Below, piece by piece: positions 21,581-31,618 of a DNA stretch of 64,000 bases; within the stretch, counting starts at the first letter, position 1; the number at the start of each line of letters is the position of its first letter. This stretch comes from a virus (Duplodnaviria; Heunggongvirae; Uroviricota; Caudoviricetes). The notes under the pieces are model-generated. The model saw nothing but the letters and a program-made list of their open reading frames with translations. It was not told the origin of the DNA and did not search any database. Position numbers and translations under genes: made by a program. The DNA lies in IMG/VR virus record IMGVR_UViG_3300042563_002362, one strand, 5' to 3'.

Positions 21581-22028
21581 TAAGAAATCAAAAGATGAAA
21601 TACTTGCATCTTTAACAGCAAACTTACCCGCGACGGTATCAGAGAACAACGAAACGGTCGCCCTAGTTGGTCCATCCAATGATGTTATAATTAAGGATAC
21701 AGAAGACGATTATGAATTCGCACGCGCTCATATCAAGAAGCTGATACTCGCAAGTGATGATGCTATTGATCGTCTACATGAACTTGCTACTGACGCAGAA
21801 CATCCACGCGCATTTGAAGTATTGACGGCAATGATCAAGAATACTGCTGATATGAATGCATCGTTACTTGACCTTGTAAAGAATCGAAAGAAAATTGTTC
21901 AAGAGCCAGCTGGCGGCGGTTCTCCATCATCTCCTAGTAACGTGACCACCAATAATTCTATCTTTGTTGGCACAACCGCAGATCTTCAGAAGTTCCTTAA
22001 GTCTCGAGAAGAGCCTATTGATATTTGA
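21573..22028 (+). CDS. gp16: Terminase small subunit gp16
   Basis: DDYEFAR, HPRAFEV, TTNNSIFVGTTADLQKFLK. Confidence 0.93.
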   Translation: MSNKKSKDEILASLTANLPATVSENNETVALVGPSNDVIIKDTEDDYEFARAHIKKLILASDDAIDRLHELATDAEHPRAFEVLTAMIKNTADMNASLLDLVKNRKKIVQEPAGGGSPSSPSNVTTNNSIFVGTTADLQKFLKSREEPIDI

Positions 22029-22097
22029 TGCTCCCTTCGGGAACCTTCGGTCAGCCTTTTATGTAAGCTAGATGGTATCCTTATTTGGAACAGATCA

Positions 22098-22126
22098 ATT
22101 GTAACAACTTTTTGAAAGCTTGTAAA
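22098..22126 (-). promoter_or_regulatory. Antisense sigma70-type promoter TTTACA-N17-TACAAT
   Basis: TGTAAA at 22121-22126 and ATTGTA at 22098-22103 on the + strand, 17-bp spacer. Confidence 0.65.
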
Positions 22127-22140
22127 TAAAAAAATGCATT

Positions 22141-23736
22141 ATGACCTTAGAAACTTCATATAATGGCAACCCATACGTCAAACGTGATGGCGTCGTTCAA
22201 AACTATACTGCACATGAACTGGATGAGTACATCAAGTGCCGCGATGACGTTGCTTACTTTTGTGAACACTACGTAAAGGTAATTAGTCTTGACAAAGGTC
22301 TTGTTCCATTTAAGTTGCGTGGATATCAGACGAAGATGGTGCAGCACTTCAATGATAACAAATTCAACATCGTTCTTGCATGTCGCCAAAGCGGCAAGAG
22401 TATTACAAGCGTTGCATGGTTGTTACACTACGTCATATTCAATTCTGAAAAGAAGATTGGTATGCTTGCTAACAAAGGAGCAACTGCTCGTGAAATGTTA
22501 GCACGTCTAACGCTGATGCTCGAAAACCTTCCGTTCTTTCTTCAGCCTGGTTGTAAGGTTCTTAACAAAGGTAGCATCAAGTTCTCAAATAACTCCGAAG
22601 TTATTGCGGCTGCAACAAGTGGTAGTTCTATTCGTGGTCTTTCGCTTAACGTTGTTTTCCTTGACGAGTTTGCGTTCGTTCACAAGGCAAATGAATTCTA
22701 TACAAGTACATATCCTGTTATTACATCAGGTAAGGATACTAAAGTAATCATTACATCTACTCCAAATGGTGTAGGCAATATGTTCTATAAACTTTGGCAA
22801 GGTTCAATTCAAAACGCAAATTCATTCAAACCGTTTACGATTAAATGGTGGGAAGTACCAGGCCGCGATGAAGCTTGGAAGCAACAGACTATCGAGAATA
22901 CAAGCGAGCTGCAGTTCCGCCAAGAATTTGAAGTTGACTTCATTGGTAGTAGCTTAACGCTGATCGCGTCTGATACACTACTTGCATTGCAAGCTCGTTC
23001 TCCAATTAAAGAATGGCAGGATACGCGTTACTATGTAGAACCAAAGGCAGGTCATAACTATATTATGACAGTTGACGTTAGTAAAGGTCGCGGTCAAGAC
23101 TATAGTACTTTTACGGTCTTTGACGTAACATCAACTACATTCTCAACTGTATGCATCTATCGTAGCAACATGATATCTCCACTGATGTTTCCTGAGTACA
23201 TCACACGTGCTGCCAAGGTTTACAATGATGCATTGGTTGTTATTGAAAATAATGATGCAGGTCAGGTTGTATGTAACAGCGTATATTATGATTATGAATA
23301 TGATAATACTTTTGTATCAAGCGCTGTTAAGAATAACGGGATTGGTGTTACAATGACTAAGCGTGTTAAGCGTATTGGATGCAGTAACCTTAAGGACCTA
23401 ATTGAACGCGGACGACTTGAAGTTTGTGATGCTGATGCAGTTACTGAACTATCATCGTTTGAACCAAAAGGCGATAGTTATGCAGCATCTGGAGGATGTC
23501 ACGATGACCTTGTTATGAACATGGTGCTCTTTGCATGGTATGTAAGTACTGATTCATTTACATCTCTAACTAATCATGAACTTAAGGATTTGTTATATGC
23601 CGAAAAGATTCGTGAAATGGAAGAAGACCTCCCACCGTTTGGATTCATATCGCGCGCTTCTAATTCTGATAAGCCAGATAGTGCAGTTCACTATGAACAA
23701 CAAATAAGTGATTTACGTGAGTGGAATACTTTATAA
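22141..23736 (+). CDS. gp17: Terminase large subunit gp17
   Basis: Walker A region ACRQSGKS, VFLDEFAF, TSTPNG, DVSKGRGQDYS, HDDLVM. Confidence 0.97.
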   Translation: MTLETSYNGNPYVKRDGVVQNYTAHELDEYIKCRDDVAYFCEHYVKVISLDKGLVPFKLRGYQTKMVQHFNDNKFNIVLACRQSGKSITSVAWLLHYVIFNSEKKIGMLANKGATAREMLARLTLMLENLPFFLQPGCKVLNKGSIKFSNNSEVIAAATSGSSIRGLSLNVVFLDEFAFVHKANEFYTSTYPVITSGKDTKVIITSTPNGVGNMFYKLWQGSIQNANSFKPFTIKWWEVPGRDEAWKQQTIENTSELQFRQEFEVDFIGSSLTLIASDTLLALQARSPIKEWQDTRYYVEPKAGHNYIMTVDVSKGRGQDYSTFTVFDVTSTTFSTVCIYRSNMISPLMFPEYITRAAKVYNDALVVIENNDAGQVVCNSVYYDYEYDNTFVSSAVKNNGIGVTMTKRVKRIGCSNLKDLIERGRLEVCDADAVTELSSFEPKGDSYAASGGCHDDLVMNMVLFAWYVSTDSFTSLTNHELKDLLYAEKIREMEEDLPPFGFISRASNSDKPDSAVHYEQQISDLREWNTL

Positions 23737-23739
23737 ATA
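23732..23739 (+). promoter_or_regulatory. Late promoter TATAAATA for gp18
   Basis: Exact consensus at the gp17 stop codon. Confidence 0.7.
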
Positions 23740-23818
23740 TGCCTTTGAATAAATACAATTATTGATGTACTCCTTATAATGATTCACTTAAAATTAAACT
23801 ACTGACGAAAGGAAAAAC

Positions 23819-25588
23819 ATGGGATTCTTAGTATCACCTGGTGTCGAGGTCAACGAAATCGACATGACAAATATCATCCCAGCTGTATCCACCTCTATTG
23901 GTGCATATGCTGGCGAATTCAACTGGGGTCCATCTGGCCGCATTGTTACCGTCTCATCTGAGGCTGAACTTGCAAGTACATTTGGCGCACCATCCGTAAG
24001 TGGGACTGACGCAGACAGAAAAGCTCGTTCATTCTTCACAGCCGCAAGCTTTTTAAAGTATGGAAATACCCTGCGCGTTTCTCGTGCTGTTCCAAACGAT
24101 GCAGTTAATGCATACTCTGGTTTGACTGACATTGATATTATTACTGACATCGATGATTTTGAAAATACTGCAAATAAGCCAGCAGGAGCGTATGCTCGAT
24201 ATGCAGGCAGCCTCGGCAATGGCTTGAAAGTTGTTGTTATCACTGAAAACAATGATGGAGATTCTTACTATGGAACTGGATCTGGATCAACAGTAAGCGA
24301 ATATGTTTCGCAACTATCATATCTTCCAGGTACAACTGAATGGGCTGAAAATTTAACTGGAGATGCAGATGTATTTGATGAATGTGCAGTTCTTGTTATC
24401 GACACCGAAGCAAAGTTTAGCTCAACACGCGATGCCGTTCTTGAACGCTTTGAAGGTCTTAGCCTTGCAAAGAATGCAAAGACTGTTGACGGCGCAAATA
24501 ACTATTTCATCGATGTAATTAATACACAATCACAGTACGTATATGCTTATGACTTAGAAACAAAATTCCTTACGGCGACTACTCCGGTGGAACTAAGTAC
24601 AACTTCAGATTCGACGGCATTCACATATAAGACATCCGGTGCAGAGTTTGCATTTACGCTTGATAACGGTAGTGACGGTACACTCATAGCAGGTACAGTT
24701 ACGGCTGCGCTTGACTTATTTGATGAAGGTGACGCAGTTGACATTAACTTTATTTTTGCTCAGACTATATCTGAAACTGAAAATGTTCAAAAACCAATTG
24801 ACGATGAATTAATCGAAATTGCCATGGATCGTAGAGATGTAATTGCGTTTATCTCAGCGCCACTTATCATTGCAACAACTGGACTTAGCGGAACAGCTGA
24901 CACAAAGAAAAACACTGTTACTGAATACTTCGATAGTCTCTCTAGCACAAGTTACGCTGTGTTTGGAAGCACTCCAGTTCAGATGTACAATAAGTACACT
25001 GACCGTTTCATTTGGGTTCCTGATAGCGGTCACGTTGCAGGCCTATGTGCATACACCGATGATGTTACTGAGCCATGGTTCAGCCCCGCTGGATTAAACC
25101 GCGGACAACTTCGTGGTGTATCTAAGCTTGCACTAAATCCAAATAAGACTCAACGTGATGACCTTTACAAGGCACGTGTTAATCCAATTGTTAGCTTCCC
25201 AGGTGAAGGCATCGTTCTTTACGGTGATAAGACTGCGCTATCTCGCCCAAGTGCGTTTGATCGTATCAATGTACGTCGCTTATTCATTACTCTTGAAAAG
25301 GCGATTGCTACATTTGCTAAGTACCAGCTGTTTGAACTTAATGATGAGTTTACTCGCAGTGCATTCCGTGCAGCGGTTGAGCCTTATCTTCGTATCGTTC
25401 AGGCTCGTCGTGGTATCACTGACTTCCGCGTTATCTGCGACACTACCAATAACACTGGTGCTGTAATTGATAGTAACGGATTCGTCGCTGATATCTACAT
25501 TAAGCCTGCTCGCTCTATCAACTTCATTACTCTTAACTTCATTGCTACCCGCACCGGTGTTGAGTTCAAGGAAATTGTTGGAGGCTAA
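23819..25588 (+). CDS. gp18: Tail sheath protein gp18
   Basis: SPGVEVNEID, PWFSPAGLNRG, AFDRINVRRLF, IKPARSINFITLNF. Confidence 0.97.
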   Translation: MGFLVSPGVEVNEIDMTNIIPAVSTSIGAYAGEFNWGPSGRIVTVSSEAELASTFGAPSVSGTDADRKARSFFTAASFLKYGNTLRVSRAVPNDAVNAYSGLTDIDIITDIDDFENTANKPAGAYARYAGSLGNGLKVVVITENNDGDSYYGTGSGSTVSEYVSQLSYLPGTTEWAENLTGDADVFDECAVLVIDTEAKFSSTRDAVLERFEGLSLAKNAKTVDGANNYFIDVINTQSQYVYAYDLETKFLTATTPVELSTTSDSTAFTYKTSGAEFAFTLDNGSDGTLIAGTVTAALDLFDEGDAVDINFIFAQTISETENVQKPIDDELIEIAMDRRDVIAFISAPLIIATTGLSGTADTKKNTVTEYFDSLSSTSYAVFGSTPVQMYNKYTDRFIWVPDSGHVAGLCAYTDDVTEPWFSPAGLNRGQLRGVSKLALNPNKTQRDDLYKARVNPIVSFPGEGIVLYGDKTALSRPSAFDRINVRRLFITLEKAIATFAKYQLFELNDEFTRSAFRAAVEPYLRIVQARRGITDFRVICDTTNNTGAVIDSNGFVADIYIKPARSINFITLNFIATRTGVEFKEIVGG

Positions 25589-25638
25589 TATCTATAGTAA
25601 AGCTAATAAATACTCATAACAGAAAGGCATAAAAGAAT

Positions 25639-26178
25639 ATGGCAGGAATAGATAATTTCAAAGGTAAGTTAGTTGGAGGCGGTGCTCGCCCTAACCTTTT
25701 CAAAGCATTGGTTAACTTCCCTATTGGTGTCGGTGGCAGTACCGAATTGGCAAGCTTTATGATTAAGGGTGCACAGCTTCCAGCAAGTGTTATCGCTCCG
25801 ATCGAAGTTCCATTTCGTGGTCGCAAGTTGAAGATTGCGGGTGACCGTACATTTGAACCTTGGACCATTACCGTTATCAATGATACTGGTATGGAAATTC
25901 GCCGCGCGTTTGAACGATGGATGCACCTTATCAATGCTAACCAAGAAAACGTATCCAATTACCAGTCTGGTGTCGGTTCACTTGGTTACATGACTGATAT
26001 GGACGTCATTCAGCTTGATCGCAGTGGAGATGAAAATGGAACACATAGTTACAGAATAATCGATGCGTTCCCAACTAACATTAGCGCAATTGACCTTAAT
26101 TACGAAACTAACGATACGATTGAAGAGTTCACGGTTGAACTCAACTATCAGTATTGGATTTCCGCGGATACGGTCTAA
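25639..26178 (+). CDS. gp19: Tail tube protein gp19
   Basis: GGARPNLF, FRGRKLKIAGDRTFEPWTITVIND, IEEFTVELNYQYW. Confidence 0.97.
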   Translation: MAGIDNFKGKLVGGGARPNLFKALVNFPIGVGGSTELASFMIKGAQLPASVIAPIEVPFRGRKLKIAGDRTFEPWTITVINDTGMEIRRAFERWMHLINANQENVSNYQSGVGSLGYMTDMDVIQLDRSGDENGTHSYRIIDAFPTNISAIDLNYETNDTIEEFTVELNYQYWISADTV

Positions 26179-26187
26179 GCAATGATT

Positions 26188-26232
26188 GAGGCGGCACATG
26201 AAAGTTTGTAGTAATGTGCCGCCTCTTTCTTT
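26188..26232 (+). terminator. Rho-independent terminator after gp19
   Basis: gaggcggcacat / atgtgccgcctc 12-bp stem followed by tttcttt. Confidence 0.8.
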
Positions 26233-26244
26233 AATATATAGAGT

Positions 26245-27837
26245 ATGAGGTTATTCGGATTTGAGATTGGGCGAAAGATTGATGGAGCTAAGCCTAGCTC
26301 TGATGAGCGCGAAGGGACAGTGAAGTCATTCGCGTCGCCTTATGGTGCAGATGATGCAGCTGTTATCTCAAGTTCATCTACATCTGGTTATTATGGCCAG
26401 GTGTTAAACATTGATGGAGTCAGTTTCAATAATGAAAAGGACCTCATCTTAAAGTATCGTGGTGCAAGTACACAACCTGAATGCGACAACGCGATTACCG
26501 AAATCGTAAACGCATCTATCGTCAATGACAGTGACGGTATGCCAATTCGACTAATCCTGGATAACGTTGAGTTATCGGAGTCGATCAAAACAAAGATTCA
26601 TGCTGAATTCCAAAATCTGTTAACACTGCTTGATTTCAATTTCAATGGATCTGATATTTTCCGCCGTTGGTACATTGACGGCCGTCTATACTATCATAAG
26701 GTAATTGATCCTAAAAAGACAAAGGACGGGATCAAAGAAATTCGCATGATTGATCCGCTGCGAATTAAGAAGGTTAAAGAAGTAACTACGAAGCTTGATA
26801 AAGTTACAGGTGTAAAGACCGTTGAAGTTTCAAATGAGTATTACCTTTACACTGATGATATTGGATCGTTGACCACGTCACAGTCCCCACCAATGATGAG
26901 TGCAGGTATCAAGATTGATCCTGAGGTTGTAACATATGTTCCTTCAGGATTAACTGACGAAACTGGACGTGTAACCGTTTCTTATCTACACAAGAGCATT
27001 AAGCTGGTTAATCAGCTACGCATGATGGAAGACAGTCTTGTCATCTATCGTATTTCACGCGCGCCTGAGCGTCGTATCTTCTACATTGATATTGGTAACC
27101 TTCCAAAAGGAAAAGCCGAAGAATATGTTCAGGGGATCATGGCTAAGTATCGCAACAAGTTGGTTTATGATGTCAACACTGGCGAAATTAGCGATGACCG
27201 TAAGAGCATGAGTATACTTGAAGACTTTTGGTTACCGCGCCGTGAAGGTGGTAAAGGTACCGAAATTACAACTCTACCGGGCGGTGAAAACCTCAGCCAA
27301 ATTGAGGACGTCCTATTCTTCCAAAAGAAACTACATCGCAGTCTTAACGTTCCTCAAAATCGACTTGATAGCGAATCTATGTTTAACATGGGTCGTGTTA
27401 GCGAAATTTCTCGAGAAGAAGTTAAGTTCCAAAAGTTTGTCAATCGCTTACGTAAGAAGTTTGCGATCCTGTTTATTGACATGCTACGCACTCAGATTAT
27501 TCTTAAAGGCATAATTACTCCACAAGATTGGCAAGGTATTAAAGAAAACCTTAACGTCGACTACATTGAGGATAACTACTTTAGTGAACTAAAAGACTTT
27601 GAAATTCTTAAAGAACGCATTGCAACCGTCGATCAACTCGGTGATAAGATAGGTAAATACTATAGCGAAAAGTGGGTTCGTTCAAATGTACTTAATCAAA
27701 GTGATGAAGAAATTCATCAAATGGATGAAGAAATTGCTGAAGAAAAAGCTAAAGCTGATGCTGCGTCTGCACCAGATGAATCTGAAATGGATGCAGACCA
27801 ACCCGACGAAGAACAACAACAACCAGACGAAGAATAA
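26245..27837 (+). CDS. gp20: Portal protein gp20
   Basis: FRRWYIDGR, QLRMMEDSLVIYRISRAPERRIFYIDIGNLPK, EDFWLPRREGGKGTEI. Confidence 0.97.
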   Translation: MRLFGFEIGRKIDGAKPSSDEREGTVKSFASPYGADDAAVISSSSTSGYYGQVLNIDGVSFNNEKDLILKYRGASTQPECDNAITEIVNASIVNDSDGMPIRLILDNVELSESIKTKIHAEFQNLLTLLDFNFNGSDIFRRWYIDGRLYYHKVIDPKKTKDGIKEIRMIDPLRIKKVKEVTTKLDKVTGVKTVEVSNEYYLYTDDIGSLTTSQSPPMMSAGIKIDPEVVTYVPSGLTDETGRVTVSYLHKSIKLVNQLRMMEDSLVIYRISRAPERRIFYIDIGNLPKGKAEEYVQGIMAKYRNKLVYDVNTGEISDDRKSMSILEDFWLPRREGGKGTEITTLPGGENLSQIEDVLFFQKKLHRSLNVPQNRLDSESMFNMGRVSEISREEVKFQKFVNRLRKKFAILFIDMLRTQIILKGIITPQDWQGIKENLNVDYIEDNYFSELKDFEILKERIATVDQLGDKIGKYYSEKWVRSNVLNQSDEEIHQMDEEIAEEKAKADAASAPDESEMDADQPDEEQQQPDEE

Positions 27838-27840
27838 TAT

Positions 27841-28017
27841 ATGAGTGATGTAAATATCCAATCAATGATTGACAGTGTTCAATCAAATAATACCGAATCG
27901 GCTGACACTGCATTCAAAAATGCAATTATGTCAAAGATTACAACTGCGCTTGATGTTAAGCGTGTTGAGCTAGCGTCGACTGTGTATAATCAAGCTATTC
28001 AAAATGATGCAAAATAA
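27841..28017 (+). CDS. Small prohead core protein (gp67-position)
   Basis: Manual translation, 58 aa MSDVNIQSMIDSVQ...KITTALDVKRVELA, between gp20 and gp21. Confidence 0.65.
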   Translation: MSDVNIQSMIDSVQSNNTESADTAFKNAIMSKITTALDVKRVELASTVYNQAIQNDAK

Positions 28018-28039
28018 TGCATCTTAAGAAGAGCATTTG

Positions 28040-28047
28040 TATAAATA
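28040..28047 (+). promoter_or_regulatory. Late promoter TATAAATA
   Basis: Exact consensus upstream of gp21. Confidence 0.75.
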
Positions 28048-28056
28048 AATTCCATA

Positions 28057-28704
28057 ATGAAATTAATCACCGAGCATATTGAAGACCTTAGCTACTCTAT
28101 TGTTGAGAGCGCACAGGGTGGTGAAAAGAAATATATCATTGATGGAGTCTTTATGCAGGCTGAGCAGGTAAACCGTAATCGTCGAGTTTACCCAAAGAAA
28201 GTTTTAGAAAACGCCGTAAGTAAATACCTTACGGAATATGTTAATAAAGGACGCGCCGTTGGTGAGTTAAATCATCCAGATGGTCCTACTATTAACCTTG
28301 ATAAAGTTTCACATCGCATTACCGAACTATCATGGAACGGTAATGATGTTGTTGGAAAGGCGCTTATACTCAACACACCGATGGGCAACATCGTGAAAGG
28401 ACTACTTGAAGGTGGTTGTCAGTTGGGCGTCTCTAGTCGTGGTATGGGAACCGTTGCATCTAAGAACGGCCGCAGTGAAGTTAATGATGACTTCACGCTA
28501 TCTACAATTGATATTGTACAAGATCCAAGTGCTCCATCGGCGTTCGTCAATGGGATACTTGAGGGAGTAGAATACTTCTGGGATAACGGTCTACTAAAGC
28601 CGCAACAAATTGAGAAATATGAGACTGAAATTAGAAAAACATCTTCACCAAATTTGGCTGAAGCCCAGGTGCGTATCTGGAATGATTTCCTCTCCAACCT
28701 GTAA
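28057..28704 (+). CDS. gp21: Prohead protease gp21
   Basis: MKLITE, GELNHP, GVSSRGMG, DIVQDPSAPSAFV. Confidence 0.96.
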   Translation: MKLITEHIEDLSYSIVESAQGGEKKYIIDGVFMQAEQVNRNRRVYPKKVLENAVSKYLTEYVNKGRAVGELNHPDGPTINLDKVSHRITELSWNGNDVVGKALILNTPMGNIVKGLLEGGCQLGVSSRGMGTVASKNGRSEVNDDFTLSTIDIVQDPSAPSAFVNGILEGVEYFWDNGLLKPQQIEKYETEIRKTSSPNLAEAQVRIWNDFLSNL

Positions 28705-28718
28705 TTAAGAAAAACACA

Positions 28719-30176
28719 ATGGAAAATAACCTAGATAACCTACATGAAGACGAAGTCATTATTGAAGACATCGACGTTGACGCCTTGGAAACTCTTGATG
28801 AAACTTTGGAACAGGACATCACTGAAGCCAAAGTTAATCCAAAAGAGATTGACGGTGAAGACGACGACGACAAAGAAGACGATGGCGAAGGTTTAGACGA
28901 CCTCGGCGACGAAGATTCTGACGTTGACAATGATGGAGACAGCGACGAAGCTGATGAATATCTTACTAAGCGTCGTAAGACGGTTGCTAAGAAGATTGCA
29001 AAGGAAGACACTGACATGAACGAATCTGAAGATGATATTGATTTAACTGAAGCGTCTCCGTTTATTACCCATGGAACAAACAGATGGCGAGCGTATTATC
29101 CTGGCGCTTACAGCGGCACAGGTTATACCAAATATTTCAAAGATGAAGCATCTGCTAAAGCATGGGCTGCAAAGAAAGGTCATGGAACTAAAGTTACTAA
29201 AGTTAGTGATGTCAGCAAAAAAGACCATGATGCAATCATTAAAAAGGGCAAGGAAGAAATGCAAAAATCTGGAAAGAATACTGTATTCATTCGGCATGGT
29301 AGTAATACACATACGGTAGCTAAGATCAATAAGAAGGGTGAAGCTGGAAGACACCAAGAAGGTGGTACTTATGTGCGTGAAAGCCTTACCGTCGATGAAT
29401 CATTTGAATCTGAAGATATCACTCGTCTAATTGAAAGCGAAGAAGGACTAACCGAAGAATTTAAGGATAAGGCCGCTATCATTTTTGAAGCTGCAGTATC
29501 TTCTAAGGTTAACGAAATCGAAGCAACGTTGGTAGAGCAGTATGAGTCCCGTCTTGCCGAAGAAGTCGAAAGCGCTAAGAGCGTTCTTGAAGAACAAGTT
29601 GACAGCTATCTCACCTATGCAGTTGAATCCTGGATGGAAGAGAACAAGGTTGCAGTTGAATCTTCACTACGCACCCAACTTGCCGAAAACTTCATCTCAG
29701 CATTGAAGACCGTATTCGTCGAAAACTATGTCGACGTACCTGACAGCAAGGTTGACCTATTTGCACAGCTCGAAGCTGAAAATGGTAACCTTAAGGAAGA
29801 ATCCGCGAAGTTTAGCCGCATCGCAGAATCTCTCGCAGACCGTGTTGATACACTTGTTCGCGAACAGATTGTAACAGAAGCTTCCACTGGTCTTGCAGAT
29901 ACACAAGTCGACAGACTAAAGAAGCTCGTTGAAGACATTGAATTTGTTGATGCAGCTACCTATCGCAAGAAGGTACAAACCATCAAGGAATTCTACCTTA
30001 ACGTCTCGCAAGAAACTGAAGATACAACATTAACCGAAGGCGCCGATGATTCTTTCATCAGCACTGAAACAATCGTTGAAGGAGAGTCAATGAATGACAA
30101 CCTATCTCCTGAAATGAAATCCTATTTGACCGCTCTATCAAGAATGAACAAGGCAGTAACTGCCGACCTTCTATAA
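28719..30176 (+). CDS. gp22: Prohead scaffold gp22 with a basic 110-aa insert
   Basis: LTEEFKDKAAIIFEAAV, WMEENKVAVE, YRKKVQTIKEFY, MKSYLTAL. Confidence 0.92.
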   Translation: MENNLDNLHEDEVIIEDIDVDALETLDETLEQDITEAKVNPKEIDGEDDDDKEDDGEGLDDLGDEDSDVDNDGDSDEADEYLTKRRKTVAKKIAKEDTDMNESEDDIDLTEASPFITHGTNRWRAYYPGAYSGTGYTKYFKDEASAKAWAAKKGHGTKVTKVSDVSKKDHDAIIKKGKEEMQKSGKNTVFIRHGSNTHTVAKINKKGEAGRHQEGGTYVRESLTVDESFESEDITRLIESEEGLTEEFKDKAAIIFEAAVSSKVNEIEATLVEQYESRLAEEVESAKSVLEEQVDSYLTYAVESWMEENKVAVESSLRTQLAENFISALKTVFVENYVDVPDSKVDLFAQLEAENGNLKEESAKFSRIAESLADRVDTLVREQIVTEASTGLADTQVDRLKKLVEDIEFVDAATYRKKVQTIKEFYLNVSQETEDTTLTEGADDSFISTETIVEGESMNDNLSPEMKSYLTALSRMNKAVTADLL

Positions 30177-30225
30177 GATAACGGTTTCCCAAACCCCAAA
30201 ACAACAACAAAAGAAATAGACTATT

Positions 30226-31545
30226 ATGTTTAACTCCGATAACGCACAAAAAAATTGGGCACCGGTACTTGACGCGCCAGACGCACCTAAGTTCAAGGAT
30301 AACTACCGTCGTGCAATCACCGCCGTTCTTCTTGAAAACCAAAAGAAGGCTCTTGCTGAAGAACGCGCTCACTCATCCTTCCTTACCGAAGGTAACGCAA
30401 TTGGTGGCTCCAACACCGGTGGAACACAAACTGGTGGTACTGGTATCCAAACTTGGGACCCAGTTCTCATCAGCCTTGTTCGTCGTGCAATGCCTAACAT
30501 CGTTGCTTATGACATCGCTGGCGTTCAGCCAATGACCATGCCAACTGGTTTGATCTTCGCAATGCGTAGTCAATATCAGAATGCTTCCGGTGCAAATAGC
30601 GCTGAAGCTCTCTTCAACAAGCCAGATACTTTATTCTCTGGTAAGGTGACAACAGCTCAAGGTGAAGCTCTAACAGGCAATTCAGCTGATACCGTTGGTA
30701 CTGCAGCTGGTTCCGGTGCGCGCACCGTTGCTGGTGGTGGTTTCGGCCAAATGGGTTTCACAGTCGACAAGACCACGGTTACTGCAAAGACCCGTGCGCT
30801 TAAGGCTGAGTACACCATGGAACTTGCACAGGACCTCAAGGCTGTTCACGGTCTTGATGCTGAAGCAGAACTTGCTAACATCCTCTCTGTTGAAATCCTT
30901 GCGGAAATCAACCGTGAAGTTATTGAAACAATTAACCTTAAGGCTATTGCTGGTGGTTATAATGGTTCCGGTAACTACGACATCGACCAAGACTCCGATG
31001 GTCGTTGGGCTGTTGAAAAGTTCAAGACTCTTGGCTTCCAACTTGATGTTGAAGCCAACGCGGTTGCTAAGGCAACACGTCGTGGTAAGGGTAACTTCAT
31101 TGTTTGCTCCAGCAACGTTGCTTCCGCACTTGCTGCATCAGGTGTACTTAACTACGCTCCAGCACTTAGCACCAACCTAAACGTTGATGACACTGGTAAC
31201 GTATTCGCAGGTGTTCTTAACGGTCGCCTTAAGGTCTTCATCGACCCATTCAGCACCGAAGACTACATCACTGTAGGTTACAAGGGTGCAAATGCATACG
31301 ATGCTGGTATGTTCTACTGCCCATACGTTCCACTTACTATGGTTCGTGCAGTTGACACTGACACATTCCAACCAAAGATTGGTTTCAAGACTCGCTACGG
31401 CTTGGTTGCGAACCCATTCGCAGGTGGTGCAGATTCAAGCGACACCGGAACCAACAGCGCAAACCCATACTACCGTACATTCACTGTCACTGGTCTTTCT
31501 GGTGCAAACGGATTCGGTTACAATGGTGAAGCTAACCTTGCATAA
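30226..31545 (+). CDS. gp23: Major capsid protein gp23
   Basis: LISLVRRAMP, GVQPMTMPTGLIFAMR, RALKAEYTMELAQDLKAVHGLDAE, FQPKIGFKTRYG. Confidence 0.98.
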   Translation: MFNSDNAQKNWAPVLDAPDAPKFKDNYRRAITAVLLENQKKALAEERAHSSFLTEGNAIGGSNTGGTQTGGTGIQTWDPVLISLVRRAMPNIVAYDIAGVQPMTMPTGLIFAMRSQYQNASGANSAEALFNKPDTLFSGKVTTAQGEALTGNSADTVGTAAGSGARTVAGGGFGQMGFTVDKTTVTAKTRALKAEYTMELAQDLKAVHGLDAEAELANILSVEILAEINREVIETINLKAIAGGYNGSGNYDIDQDSDGRWAVEKFKTLGFQLDVEANAVAKATRRGKGNFIVCSSNVASALAASGVLNYAPALSTNLNVDDTGNVFAGVLNGRLKVFIDPFSTEDYITVGYKGANAYDAGMFYCPYVPLTMVRAVDTDTFQPKIGFKTRYGLVANPFAGGADSSDTGTNSANPYYRTFTVTGLSGANGFGYNGEANLA

Positions 31546-31570
31546 TCCTTAACGGATAACGTATATTCAT

Positions 31571-31602
31571 GGGGAGCTACTCGAAAGGGTAGCTCCCTTT
31601 TT
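31571..31602 (+). terminator. Terminator after gp23
   Basis: gggagctac...gaaa...gtagctccc stem followed by a T-tract. Confidence 0.88.
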
Positions 31603-31605
31603 GTC

Positions 31606-31613
31606 TATAAATA
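31606..31613 (+). promoter_or_regulatory. Late promoter TATAAATA
   Basis: Exact consensus 5 nt before ATG 31619. Confidence 0.75.
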
Positions 31614-31618
31614 CAACT

